64,000 bases of DNA from a bacterium (lineage in GTDB: Bacteria; Patescibacteriota; Doudnabacteria; UBA920): NCBI GenBank assembly GCA_016699995.1, contig CP064996.1, positions 10,357 through 74,356 of the forward strand, written 5' to 3'. Each line of letters begins with the position of its first letter. Within the stretch, counting starts at the first letter, position 1. A model generated the notes under the pieces. It did no database searches and was not told the origin of the DNA. It was given only the letters and a program-made list of their open reading frames with translations. A program made the position numbers and the translations under genes. This document shows, piece by piece, positions 1 through 11,100 of this stretch.

Positions 1-1
1 C

Positions 2-2695
2 ACCGTCCAGTCTGCAACTGCGTTAACAGTTGCCCGCAGCGGAGCAGATTACGCATTGCAGGTGGACACTAATACTGCGAGTTCTGTAACCGGCTTGAAG
101 GTCACCTCTGCAGCTGCTGGTAGCGGTATTGCTTTGGCTACAATTTCTTCCGGTACTAATGAATTCATGACTATAGATGGTAAAGGAAGTGGAGAGGTAA
201 GAGTCGGGGGGATTTCTACAGGCAATATTTTGTTAGGAGGCGGTAGTGGTTCTACTGGTTGTACCGTGACGAATTCGACTGGAGCTTTTGCATGTACGGC
301 TGGTGGGTCATTCACCACAGGTACATTTAGCCCAACTGGTGCTAATAATGTATCTATAACAAATAGTACCGCATCGGGAACAGCGGGTGCTTTGAACATG
401 GTAGTAACTTCCAATTCGGACTTTGTCCCTGCTGCAAAGATTTCAATGACTCAAACTGCGACAGGCTCTCTTAATGCTAGCTACGGTTTGCAAAATAATG
501 TTTTCTCCAGTGCGGTTGTAACTGGGGGAGGAGTTGGCCAAACTCTATATGGCAGCAGTACTGCTGTAGACAAAACTGGTGCGGATACGGCGACAGGCAC
601 CTATACAGTTTACGGAGATTACATTACAGCTAGTAATACAGGTCGTACCAATGTTGGTACGGTTGATACTTATGGCTCTCGCGTCATTGTTACAGGAGAC
701 ACTGCTGGCGCATCCACAACATATGGGTTGCATGTAGCAGCAAGCGGTGCGGATAATAATTACGCCATTATCACCAACGGTGGCAATGTAGGTATTGGTG
801 ATACCACTCCGGCGTCGTTGCTGACCGTTGGTAGCGGCGATGCTTTTCAGGTAAACTCTTCCGGTGCAATTGCTGCAGCAACTGGAATCACATCTTCTGG
901 TACCATCACATTGTCTGGTCTTGGCGGCGGGGGAACGCAGTGTGTAAGAACTGATAACTCCGGCGTGCTATCTGCAGCAGCTTGTGGTGGTGCATTAACT
1001 CCCTGGACTTCGAATGTAGATGCTGATGGTTATGCATTACAAGACGCTTTGAACATTGAATTTAGAACAGCAGCAGGATCTGCTCCAGCAGGAACAGTAG
1101 TAGCGTTATTCCAAGACAACTCAGGCGACCTAACAGCCAATGTTCTTACAGGAAAAACCTTTAACATTGCAGTTAACGGTACTGATGAATACAACTTCTC
1201 ATCAACTGCTCTTGCCATGAATTCAAACAACATTACAGGAGTAGGCACAGCAATTACTGGTGCTGCTGGCTTAACTCTTTCTTCAACATCAGCCAACCTT
1301 GCCCTTGCAACGAATACTTCTGGCAACATTACCTTAGCTCCTGCTTCTACTGGTTCTGTACAGATCACTTCTGGTGTAACTACAGGAACAGGAACTTCCT
1401 CTGGTTTGTCTTTAGTCGCTAACTCATTGACTACCGGTGTCGGCATGAACCTTTCTTCTAGCTCGCTTTCTTCCGGGTCGCTAGTCAATTTGGCTGTAAC
1501 AGGTACAGCCGCCGCATCAAGCACTCAGACAGTCTTAAACGTTTCCACTAGCGGGGCTAATTCAAACTCCGGACAGCTTACAGCAGGAGCAAGATTCTCG
1601 AACACTCATACTGGAACCACCTCTAATAACTATGGTGCTTTGTTTGACGCAAGCGGTGGAGATTTTAACTTCGGTAGTCAATTTACTACTAGTGGCGCTG
1701 GGACCGCTAATTATGGAATTCGAGTATATGCATCTGGCGCAACAGATAACTATGCAGCCGCATTTGTGACAGGTCAGGTATTGGTGGGAGCCAATTCTAA
1801 TGTTGGATTCACCGACCAATTATTACTAGTCGGTGATCAGCGTATATATAATGGAAACCTTCGCGTCACGACTACGAACACAACCCAAACAACGACATCT
1901 TCCGCAATAGCGCTAAATGCCAACTCCGTTACATCAGGAACCGCTGCTTATATTGCATCGTCCGGCCTAACTTCTGGGAAGCTGTTGGATCTTCAATCTA
2001 ATGGCACTGCCGCTGCTGCTAGTCAGACTGGCTTGAACATTTCTCTGCAGGGCACCAATGCTACTAGCGGCATCACGACTTACGGCGCACAAATTTCTAA
2101 TGCTCATGCCGGCACAACCTCAACTAATGTGGCGCTGCAGCTTTCTGCTACCAATGGCACTACTGCTAACTACGCGTTAATTACAAACGGTGGCAACGTC
2201 GGTATTGGTGATACCACACCAAATTCTCTGTTTACAGTAGGTTCCGGAGATTTGTTCCAGATTAATTCTTCGGGACAGATTGGCTCGCAGCAAGCTCCGG
2301 TTTCTGACTACTTGTTTGCGTTGTCAGGCAACACAACCAACGACAACTCAAGGATTATTGACATTGTGCATGCAAATGACGCTGCCGAAGACTCTGATTC
2401 CATTAAAATCGTCAATACGGTAAACAGAGGCACGCTTGATGCCGACCAAGGTATTGTCACGGCCTTTAATAGTACCTTAACTCCAACCGCTACAGTGTCC
2501 GGAACCATTAACCAAGGGATGCTCGATGTGTATGGTCTTTCTCAAACTGTAAACACTTCCAATGTTACTATCGGCAGTGACTCTTCTGGTGACGTGTGGT
2601 TAAATACAAACGGCATATATAGCCAAGTGGTTGCAGCTCCGACCATTAATGATGCCGCAGGAAGACGGGTATTTACTCCATATCTGCAGGCTTGA
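2..2695 (+). CDS. Tail-fibre-like Thr/Gly/Ser-rich repeat surface protein. It is 5'-partial: the reading frame is open to the window edge.
   Basis: Single 879-aa ORF that stays open upstream to nt 2. It carries repeated NY(A/G)xxxxxG(N/G)VGIG(D/E)TTP(x)SL(F/L)TVG modules (nt ~757-880 and ~2161-2290). These match the N-VGIGTTSP-AKL-V repeat signature of bacterial and phage tail-fibre-domain proteins. Confidence 0.6.
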   Translation, partial: TVQSATALTVARSGADYALQVDTNTASSVTGLKVTSAAAGSGIALATISSGTNEFMTIDGKGSGEVRVGGISTGNILLGGGSGSTGCTVTNSTGAFACTAGGSFTTGTFSPTGANNVSITNSTASGTAGALNMVVTSNSDFVPAAKISMTQTATGSLNASYGLQNNVFSSAVVTGGGVGQTLYGSSTAVDKTGADTATGTYTVYGDYITASNTGRTNVGTVDTYGSRVIVTGDTAGASTTYGLHVAASGADNNYAIITNGGNVGIGDTTPASLLTVGSGDAFQVNSSGAIAAATGITSSGTITLSGLGGGGTQCVRTDNSGVLSAAACGGALTPWTSNVDADGYALQDALNIEFRTAAGSAPAGTVVALFQDNSGDLTANVLTGKTFNIAVNGTDEYNFSSTALAMNSNNITGVGTAITGAAGLTLSSTSANLALATNTSGNITLAPASTGSVQITSGVTTGTGTSSGLSLVANSLTTGVGMNLSSSSLSSGSLVNLAVTGTAAASSTQTVLNVSTSGANSNSGQLTAGARFSNTHTGTTSNNYGALFDASGGDFNFGSQFTTSGAGTANYGIRVYASGATDNYAAAFVTGQVLVGANSNVGFTDQLLLVGDQRIYNGNLRVTTTNTTQTTTSSAIALNANSVTSGTAAYIASSGLTSGKLLDLQSNGTAAAASQTGLNISLQGTNATSGITTYGAQISNAHAGTTSTNVALQLSATNGTTANYALITNGGNVGIGDTTPNSLFTVGSGDLFQINSSGQIGSQQAPVSDYLFALSGNTTNDNSRIIDIVHANDAAEDSDSIKIVNTVNRGTLDADQGIVTAFNSTLTPTATVSGTINQGMLDVYGLSQTVNTSNVTIGSDSSGDVWLNTNGIYSQVVAAPTINDAAGRRVFTPYLQA

Positions 2696-3586
2696 ACGCT
2701 ACTGTAAGCGGAGCGCCGACCATAACCAGTATCACCAGCCTGTTCGACATGTATAGCTATGGCGCTCTGTTGAACAATACTACTTCGTCAGCAGGTCACG
2801 CATCACTGTTTAACACCGCTTATGGAGTTTCTGCTCTGCAACCGGTAATCTTACAACAACAGGTGGTACGTCTCATTACGGCGGCCACTTCACCGCAAGT
2901 GGGACCGCAGACACAAACTATGGTATTTATGCCACAGCTTCCCGGAGCTACAAATAACTATGCGGCTGTATTTGCTAATGGCAATGTAGGAATCGGGGAG
3001 ACTACCCCAGACGCCAAGCTTCACGTAGTGGGTACGGTGACTACTTCGGGCGCAGGCGCCATTGCCGGCATCTTTACCGAACACACTATGAACAACAGCA
3101 CTGGGTCTGGCTTCCAGTACGGTAACCGTTCCATCAGCACTATTAGTAGTAGTACCGCCGGAACTCATGTTGGTCAATTCATTCGTATGATCGACAACAC
3201 CTCGTTAGACAGTGGTCAAAACGTCCGAGGTTTAGAAGTACAAGCATTTTCTGGTACTAACGTTAATGGTGCCAATACCGGTATCGCCAGCTTCTGGTTA
3301 TACCTTTGGTATTCAGGCTACCACTACTTCACAGGCTGCAGCGCAAGCCTCGCCAGCTGCTATTTTTGCCGACCTAGATAACGGCACCGATTCTACTACC
3401 AAAACTCGTGGTAATGCCATTCGTGCTTATACTAACGACGCGACAAGTGCGGATATGGTTTATATCTATCAAGAAACGTCTGCGTACACAGGCAATGCTT
3501 TGCTTATGGATTTGGGCAATACTGGTGGTTCGTTTGCATCTGGCAACTTTATTAACCTAAAGAATGCTGGTAAGAAAGCACTGTAA
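2692..3586 (+). pseudogene. Frameshifted continuation of the tail-fibre-like gene. At least three frame changes are visible, near 2843, 2943 and 3290, and the stretch ends at a stop at 3586.
   Basis: Repeat-consistent protein text switches frame. 'SYGALLNNTTSSAGHASLFNTAYGVSA' is in frame B. 'GNLTTTGGTSHYGGHFTASGTADTNYGIYATAS' is in frame C (2844-2948). 'NNYAAVFANGNVGIGETTPDAKLHVVG' is back in frame B. 'ASGYTFGIQATTTS...NAIRAYTNDATSADMVYIYQ' is in the 3266 frame. Confidence 0.5.
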
Positions 3587-3652
3587 CCCAGACTGTATTC
3601 GCTATCGAATCCGAACTACAGCAAATGGCCAAGGCGCCGACACGGTTAAAGC

Positions 3653-4415
3653 TCACTTCGAGGCAGATGGCAGCTTGTTCATCTCTCTCACCAGGCACCC
3701 AAACGACCAACGGGTTGTGTCATGCTAATACTGGCCAGAACTAATAACGACGAAATTGTAGACTGTAGCGGCGCTCCTTCGGACGTAGCTGAATATTTTG
3801 GCAGCGAAGACCCTACTCTAACTGCTGGAGAACTAGTAGTAGTAGGGAAGGCTGCCGAACAGATTCACTTAGACGGTTATCATACTTCTAAAGCATGGGT
3901 CGCTCGATCCTCTAAGGCTTACCAATCTACTTTGATGGGTGTAGTTTCTACAGCTCCAGCAGTAGCATATGGTGATGAAATCTTTGCTCCATCCGAAAAT
4001 CCAAGACCAATTGCTTTGTCTGGTCGCGTCCCGGTTAAAGGTAAACACAGAAAATGGTCCTATTATGCCAGGAGACTTCTTAACAGCTTCTTCTACGCCT
4101 GGTGCGGCCATGAAAGCTATAAAAGCTGGGCCGGTGATCGGTCAGGCTTTAGAAAATTATGAAGGGGGCTTTGGCCAAGTTGGAAATGTAACGTTCTTCG
4201 TGAAGGCAGCCAACTATAGTGGTGCATCTATTAGCGAAGAATTACTGGCTTGGTGTTTGATTACCGACACAGATCAAGTTCAAAGCGCAGCTCAAACTTC
4301 AGTACAAATCTTAGAACACCTGCTTAGCCAGCTAGCCAGCTTAGACGAAAATAATATTTCTCAAATCCGCACCGATATAGTGATTGCGGGCGCCGAAGTG
4401 GTAACCCAAGCGTAA
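3653..4415 (+). pseudogene. Frameshifted C-terminal globular domain of the tail-fibre-like protein. The frameshift lies near nt 4043.
   Basis: ORF 3722..4162 reads '...IALSGRVPVKG' and then turns to junk. ORF 3969..4415 continues as 'VNTENGPIMPGDFLTASSTPGAAMKAIKAGPVIGQAL' in another frame. A single-nucleotide indel around 4040-4046 would join them. The resulting domain resembles the C-terminal intramolecular-chaperone-type domains of tail fibres; that similarity is recalled, not searched. Confidence 0.4.
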
Positions 4416-4484
4416 CTACTCAAACTTTGAGGACAGACTTCTTATCTTCTGCAACAGCAGAGGTAGGCTTGGCAGTCTCATCCG

Positions 4485-4946
4485 GTGGCCATCTTCAATG
4501 GGGGGTTGCTAGTAGACTCAATCGGCTCGGTCGGAGGACTCCTGAGCTTCACAGGTGATGTAGAATTCTTCGGTACCCCATATTTCACTTCCGATACCGC
4601 AGGCTTTGCTGTAGTAAAGGCAGGGGTCCAAGTGGTTGAAGTTAAGTTTACTCGCGAATATCTTGCTCAACCGATTGTGAATGCTTCCTTTAGCTTCGAG
4701 CAGGATGCAGATCTAAGTGGTTTAGACGAAGCAACTATAGCTGCAATGCAAGCTGCTCAAGTAGCTAGTGCCCAAGCTTTCTTAGCGGAAGGCGTGACTT
4801 ACGCTGTTACTAATAAGAGTAAATATGGCTTCACTATTGTATTAAACAAACCAGCCACTACCGACGTGAAGTTTAGCTGGACTGCCTTAGCTGTACGCAA
4901 TGCTACTACCTTTATGAGCTTAGACGCTCCAGTTAGTAGAGGGTGA
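4485..4946 (+). CDS. Hypothetical protein with a GTG start.
   Basis: 153-aa ORF with no recognisable motif. Immediately downstream (4938-5056) lies a Gly/Asp-rich run (GDGSGDIAGDFSPGSGDEVTGEGTGDSDGE) in another frame. Confidence 0.3.
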   Translation: MAIFNGGLLVDSIGSVGGLLSFTGDVEFFGTPYFTSDTAGFAVVKAGVQVVEVKFTREYLAQPIVNASFSFEQDADLSGLDEATIAAMQAAQVASAQAFLAEGVTYAVTNKSKYGFTIVLNKPATTDVKFSWTALAVRNATTFMSLDAPVSRG

Positions 4947-5073
4947 TGGTTCTGGTGATATTGCTGGTGATTTTAGTCCTGGTTCTGGTGATGAGGTAAC
5001 TGGAGAGGGAACAGGCGATAGTGATGGCGAGACCCCTCCTTCAACTGAAGAATAGGTAGAGTTAGAAATAACC

Positions 5074-5102
5074 TTGATAAAATAATTAAAATGTGCTATA
5101 AT
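5074..5102 (+). promoter_or_regulatory. Sigma70-type promoter, TTGATA-17nt-TATAAT.
   Basis: TTGATA at 5074-5079, an exact 17-nt spacer, TATAAT at 5097-5102. The predicted TSS is about 5109. The ATG at 5091 lies inside the spacer. Confidence 0.6.
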
Positions 5103-5177
5103 AACTATAAGTTAAAACTTGTAGTTAGCACTAAAGCTAACGTGACTGAAACAAAAATACAATTTAATATAAAAAGC

Positions 5178-8100
5178 TTGCAAACAAAACCAAAAAACAT
5201 TTTGGAGTCGCTTTATAAATACAAATACTTAACCTTTGTAGGGGTTTTTGTATTTGTTGGCCTGCTCGCGTTTGGTAGTTTGGCAGGAAAAGCTTCGGCA
5301 GACACACAGGGGCCATATAGTACGACAAATGGTTACACAAACATTGTTGGATGTGGGGATAACGGTGATTGGAGTGATATTAACCAAGCAAGCGGTAGTG
5401 ATGATGCATACGCCAGCTCCAGCTTAAAGTCAGACTGGTGCAGTTACTTTTTATATTTAGATGGTTTTGGTTTTAATATTCCAGCCGGAGCGACTATTGA
5501 TGGTATCGAAGTGGGTATCGAAAGAAGAGCCGAGTTTGCTGGTGATTTAGTTGAGCAGTATGTGAGCATGCTCGATGCAGGATCACCTGTTGGCTCAAAC
5601 TATGCCGATTCAAATTACTGGCAAGATTATGACGATACTGTGTATTATGGTAGCTCCTCAGATTTATGGGGTAACAGCTGGAGTCCTGGAATGATTAATG
5701 ACACTGGTTTTGGTATTATATTGTATGCGCTGGCGGGTACAGAAGGCTCCGATGCATTCATCGACGATGTTTTTATAACTGTTCATTACACTCCCGCTAG
5801 TAATACTTGTCAATCTATTTCTAGTGGTAGTGGTAACTGGAATAGTGCTGGTACTTGGACTAACTGTGGCGGGGGAGTACCGGGGTCTGCGGATACAGCA
5901 ATCATTAATGGAACAGCTAATATTACAGTTACGGCCAGCACAACTGTTGCCAGTCTAAATTTTGGGACTACAGCCGCCGCGGCGACAAATGCCACTCTAA
6001 CGATTAATAGCTCGCAAACTTTAACTGTTACCGGTGTCACAACCATGACAGGCACGGCGGGAACGGCTACGCAGGGGACTGTTACTGGAAGCGGAACTTT
6101 GACGACCACCTATCTTTACATTGGTGCTGCCGTTACACCTTCGTCGACGGTGACAAATAAATTAATCTCTACGATTACCGCATTGAACGTTACTGGTTAC
6201 GTCACACTTAATGGTTATTCCAATGGCGGTAGTTACAACAACCCCGCTTTTGAAATACAGTCTGGTACTGCAGATATATGGGGGATTAATACCACCTTAG
6301 CTCATGCCAGCAATACTGCCACCATAAGCTTACAAACCGGTGCTCAATCGGGTACCCTTAAAATGAGCACTTCTTCTCCGTGGGTGATTAGCGGTACTGG
6401 TACCACAACTACTAGTTTAAACGGTACCACCAGCACCGTGGAGTACTCCGGACTTAACCAAACTTTTTTAAATACTACTTATAAAGGACTTAAAGTGAGT
6501 GGTAACGCGGGGACAACTGCTCAGAATGTAACGGTTTCTGGAGTTTTAAATGTGACTGGTACACTAAGCCCGTCATCTGGAACAATAGTACTGTCTGGTA
6601 CCGGCACTCCGTTAACTGTTTCTGGTACTTTTAATCCTTCCACTACCAGCGTTGTTCAGTACACAGGTTCAACAGCCACAGTTACTGCAACAACTTTTAA
6701 TACTTTAACGGTTGGTGGTACTGGCACCTATACGTTCCCAGCCAGTGGGTGGACCATTAAACGCAATCTTACTATTACATCTGGTGCAACTGTCACTAAG
6801 GGTGCAGGAACAATAACTTTTAACACAGCAGGTCAAAACTGTACGATCACTGGTAATGCAACCAACAGTGATTTAGGAACTATTTCTATCGGTAATGGTT
6901 CGGAAGCAAAATCTTGTGGGTTGGGCAGCTCAGTAAAATTTACGGCAGTGACGATTACAACTGGAGCTGGGTTGGATATGGTCAGTAGTTATACTATGAC
7001 CCTAACTGGCTCTGGTACGCCATTAACTGCAACTGGCGCCTTTACTAAAGCTACAGGTACTGTTGAATACACTTCTGCTTCAGGAGTAACTGCATTGTCG
7101 TCCGTTGCTATGACTAGCTCGAAAAGTTATTATAACTTGATCATCAACGGCAGCGGAACTTTCTCTATGGGATCTGCTTTTGATGTAGCCAATGATTTAA
7201 CCGTAACTTCTGGAACATTATCTAGTTCTGCTAGTACCACTACTAATGGGGTAGTGAGTGTAACTGGCACGATGACATATGCTGGATCCTCTACCTTTAC
7301 TCATAGTACAACATCTTCTAAAAACTTTGGCGGTAACGGCAATCTGAGTTTCTATGCCCTCACGTTTAGCGGTGGGGGAGGTACTACAGTAGCAACCGGC
7401 TCAGGAACTGTCACAGTAACAAATGTTTTAACCAATAGCCATGCTTTTAATGCTGGTAGTAAGACATGGATTCTAACAGGCTCAGGTACGCCGTTTAGCG
7501 GTGGGATTGATACACCGGGTACTTCTACTTTTAGCTATCGTAGTACAACTGGAGCCACGGTCAATAGTAACATTACTTATAATAACTTAGATATCTCTCC
7601 TGCCTCGGGAACTAACCCAACTTTTTTGGTTAATGCGACTAATAAGACCATAAATGGAAACTTAACAGTTTCTGGTGTTTCAGGAACATCGTTGAATTAT
7701 AATAATATCGTTTCTTATCTAATTTTAGGTGGAAATTTAACTATTAATGCGGGCAACACGCTCGTCGCACCGCCAAGCGGAGCGACATTTACAATTGCTG
7801 GCAGTCTAGCTAACTCCGGAACTTTTACTCACAACAGTGGTAATATAACTTTCAGCTCAACTTCTACAGGCAGAACCATCGCTACAAACGGCAGCTCGTT
7901 GAATAATGTTATTTTCAATGGTGCTGGCGGTGGTTGGTCTCCCAGCGGTGGCGCCATGACCTTAGCAGGGGATTTGACCATGACTGCGGGAACGCTTTCT
8001 GGCTCCCAAAACGTAACAGTAAATGGCGGTGATGTAACAGGTAACGGCACGATTAACATGAGTAGCGGTACTTTCTTAGTAGACGGTACCTCGGGCACTG

Positions 8101-11100
8101 GCTTTGGTGGTAGCACTAACTGGACGTTTAGTGCCTTAACCTTTGGGGATGGTAGTGGTAGTACTACTATCAGCTCGACTGGTAGTGGTAGTATTACTAC
8201 TTCGACTCTTACCATAGCAGCTAGCCAGACTTATAACGCAGGTGCAAAAACTTATGTTTTATCAGGCACTGGCACGCCATTAACCGTTACGGGAACCTTT
8301 AATTCGGAATCCAGCACTGTTCAGCATACTGGCGCAACAGCTACGGTTAGAGCAACAACTTATTACACTTTGCATTTGGGAATCAGTAGTGGTACCTACA
8401 CTATGCCCTCTACGACCATAACCATAAAAGGTAATTTAGTTATTCCTAGCGGCGTAACTGTAACCAAAGGCGCAGGTACAATTGTTTTTTCTGGAACTGG
8501 TAATCAACTCATCACTGATAGTAATGATACAAAGCAAGATCTAGGTGCGGTGCAAATTTCTAATACAGCCGATAACTGGTGCTCTGCTGGACAATGTAAT
8601 TACAATTGGCTAAGTCGCCGTAAAATTACTTTTAATAACTCTGATTTGAGTGGTAATTTAACAAACTTTCCAGTATTGGTTTCTTTAACTGGGCTTACAA
8701 TTGATTACGCTAAAACCAAAAACTCCGGTGAAGACATTCGGTTTGTAGATCCCGACGGTACTGTGTTGAATCATGAAATCGAAAAATGGGATGAGTCTGG
8801 CACCTCTTTGGTTTGGGTGAAAATCCCAACATTGAGCAATAATGCGACTGACTACGTTTACATGTACTACAATAACCCCCAGGCTGTAGATATTCAAGCG
8901 CCTACAAATGTTTGGGATAGTAATTATAAAGCAATTTATCACTTGCCAAACGGAACGACTTTGAGGGCTCTAGACTCCACTGGTGTAAATAATGCAAATA
9001 TTACATCAGCAACAGCAACAACTGGAAAAGTTGGTGGGGGAGCTAGTTTTAATGGTACTTCCGCTAAAATAATTGCTCCAGCTACTTCAAGTTTAGATGT
9101 CAGCTCTGGTGCTGGAATTACTGTTGATGGATGGTTTAATCCTACCGACATGACTGGTATGAGACCTTTAATAGAATGGGGAAATAGTGGCGCGTATGGT
9201 GTTCATATGTGGAATTATCCATCAAGCGGGAAAATTTATGTGAATGTTGTTGAGTCCAATGGAGCTAATCATACTTTTCAAACAACAGGGACCCCTTTGA
9301 CTCTTAGTACTTGGCAACATGTTGCTTTTACCTACAATAAATCCACTGGTGCGGTTGCCTTGTATTATAACGGGGTAGCCCAGTCTTTGGACACAGGAAA
9401 CATCGGTGCATTTACACCTAAGACTAACCTCGATTTCAATATCGGACATCGGCCGAATACTGGTGGAGTGTATTATTATAATGGATCTCAGGACGAAATT
9501 AGAGTCTCGAATGTTGTGCGAACAGCCGACTGGATGAAGGCTTCATATAACTCTTCGAACAGTAGTATGAATAGTTTTGGCAGCGAAGAGGTTTATGGTG
9601 GCACGAGCGTGGCCATGGGGTCGCCCTTAAAAATGACTAGCCTGACTATAGATTCTGGCAGAACTTTTGGAGTTAATGGTTCCAATACCCTAACCTTAAC
9701 AGGCAATGGAGCTTCGGTATTTGTAGTCTCTGGCAACTTTATTGCCTCTACAGGTACTGTTGAGTATGTGTCCACGGCCACAACCGGAACGACTGTAGCT
9801 TCTACAACTTATTATAATTTAGTAGTTAACAGGGCTAGTAATACTTTTACCATGCCAGGAGAAATGTACGTTAATAATAATTTTACTATCAGTGCCGGCA
9901 ACTTCTCCATCACAGCAGAATCATTAATTTTGGGTGGGGACTTCACAAACAATGGTACTTTTACACCAAATGAGGGTAGTGTTGTTATGCAGCCGTTAAA
10001 TAGTACAAAAACATCACAGATTTTAGGTTCATCAAATACATCACTTGGTTACTTCCAAGCGATGACCCCGGGGAGTACTATTAAATTCCAAGCCGGACGA
10101 ACATATACTTGGCTTGAGCTAACAGTTGTAGGGTCTGAAGCAGAACCCGTTACATTTTCTAGTACTTCAGCTGGTTCGCAGTGGAATGTAACTTTGACAG
10201 ACACAAATTACATTCAATACTTAAGAGTAAAGGATAGTGCCTGTGTAGGTGACACGTATACTTTTCCAAGGGACAATCCTGATTTATACAACTTAGGTAA
10301 TAATGGTACTTGCTGGGGGTTTATTGTTCAGGTTGATCCTGGTGGTCCTAGCGGTGGTGGTTCTGGATCAAGTGGAGCTTCTAGTTCGACCTCTCAAATC
10401 TTTACAACTTCTGGAACATGGACTGCTCCAGTGGGGATCACATCTGTAGATGTTGAAGTATGGGGCGGCGGTGCAGGCGGTTCTTACTACGGTGGCGGCG
10501 GCGGAGGCGGTGGAGCATATTCCAGAAAAAATTCTATAACAGTAACTCCGTTTAGTACTTATACGGTCACAGTCGGTGCTGGCGGCAACGAGGCAGTCGG
10601 TGGTGACTCTTGGTTCCTTTCTACGGGGACAGTCTTAGCCAAAGGCGGTAGTTTGGGAGTATATGGTTTTGGGGGCGGCGGTCCGCCATGTACTGGTGGT
10701 ACTGGTGGGGCAACAGCTGCCGGAGTTGGTGATGTTAAGTATGCTGGAGGAAACGGTGGTACAGGCCAGTGTTATGGTGGTACTGGTGGCGGCGGTGGTG
10801 CAGGTGCTAGTAGTACTGCAAATGGCGCTAATGGTAGTGGCACAACTGCTGGTGCAAGTTCTGGACAAGGCGGCCGGGGTGGTACCGGTTCTGGGTTTGA
10901 TATATCTCCTCCTGCTGGTAGTTGGGGTGAAGCCATTGGCGGCGGTGGCGGCGGTTGGACATGGTATGAACCTTCTATTCATCCTCGAGGTGCTCGCGGA
11001 GAGGTGCGAATTTACTATAACGGTGCTGGTGGTGGTAGTGGCGGTAGTGGTAGTTCGGGTGGTAGTGGCGGTAGTGGTGGTGGAAGCAGTTGTACAACCA

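Noticed and set aside
757-2290. Possible diversity-generating retroelement template/variable repeat pair (two ~120-nt similar segments at ~757-880 and ~2161-2290)
   Set aside because: The differences are spread over all four bases and are largely synonymous, not adenine-specific. No reverse transcriptase gene is in the window. The segments are ordinary diverged intragenic repeats.
5091-5177. ATG at 5091 as the start of the giant protein, as given by the ORF track
   Set aside because: It lies within the 17-nt spacer of a near-consensus TTGATA/TATAAT promoter, so it would be upstream of the transcription start. It would also leave 40 non-signal residues ahead of the signal peptide.
5810-10982. 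Antisense and alternate-frame ORFs inside the giant gene (5810..6109, 7829..8215, 8685..9781 minus; 10635..11118)
   Set aside because: They overlap a continuous 2088-codon frame. They are low-complexity translations (Val/Pro/Ala-rich) typical of the opposite strand of Thr/Gly-rich coding DNA.
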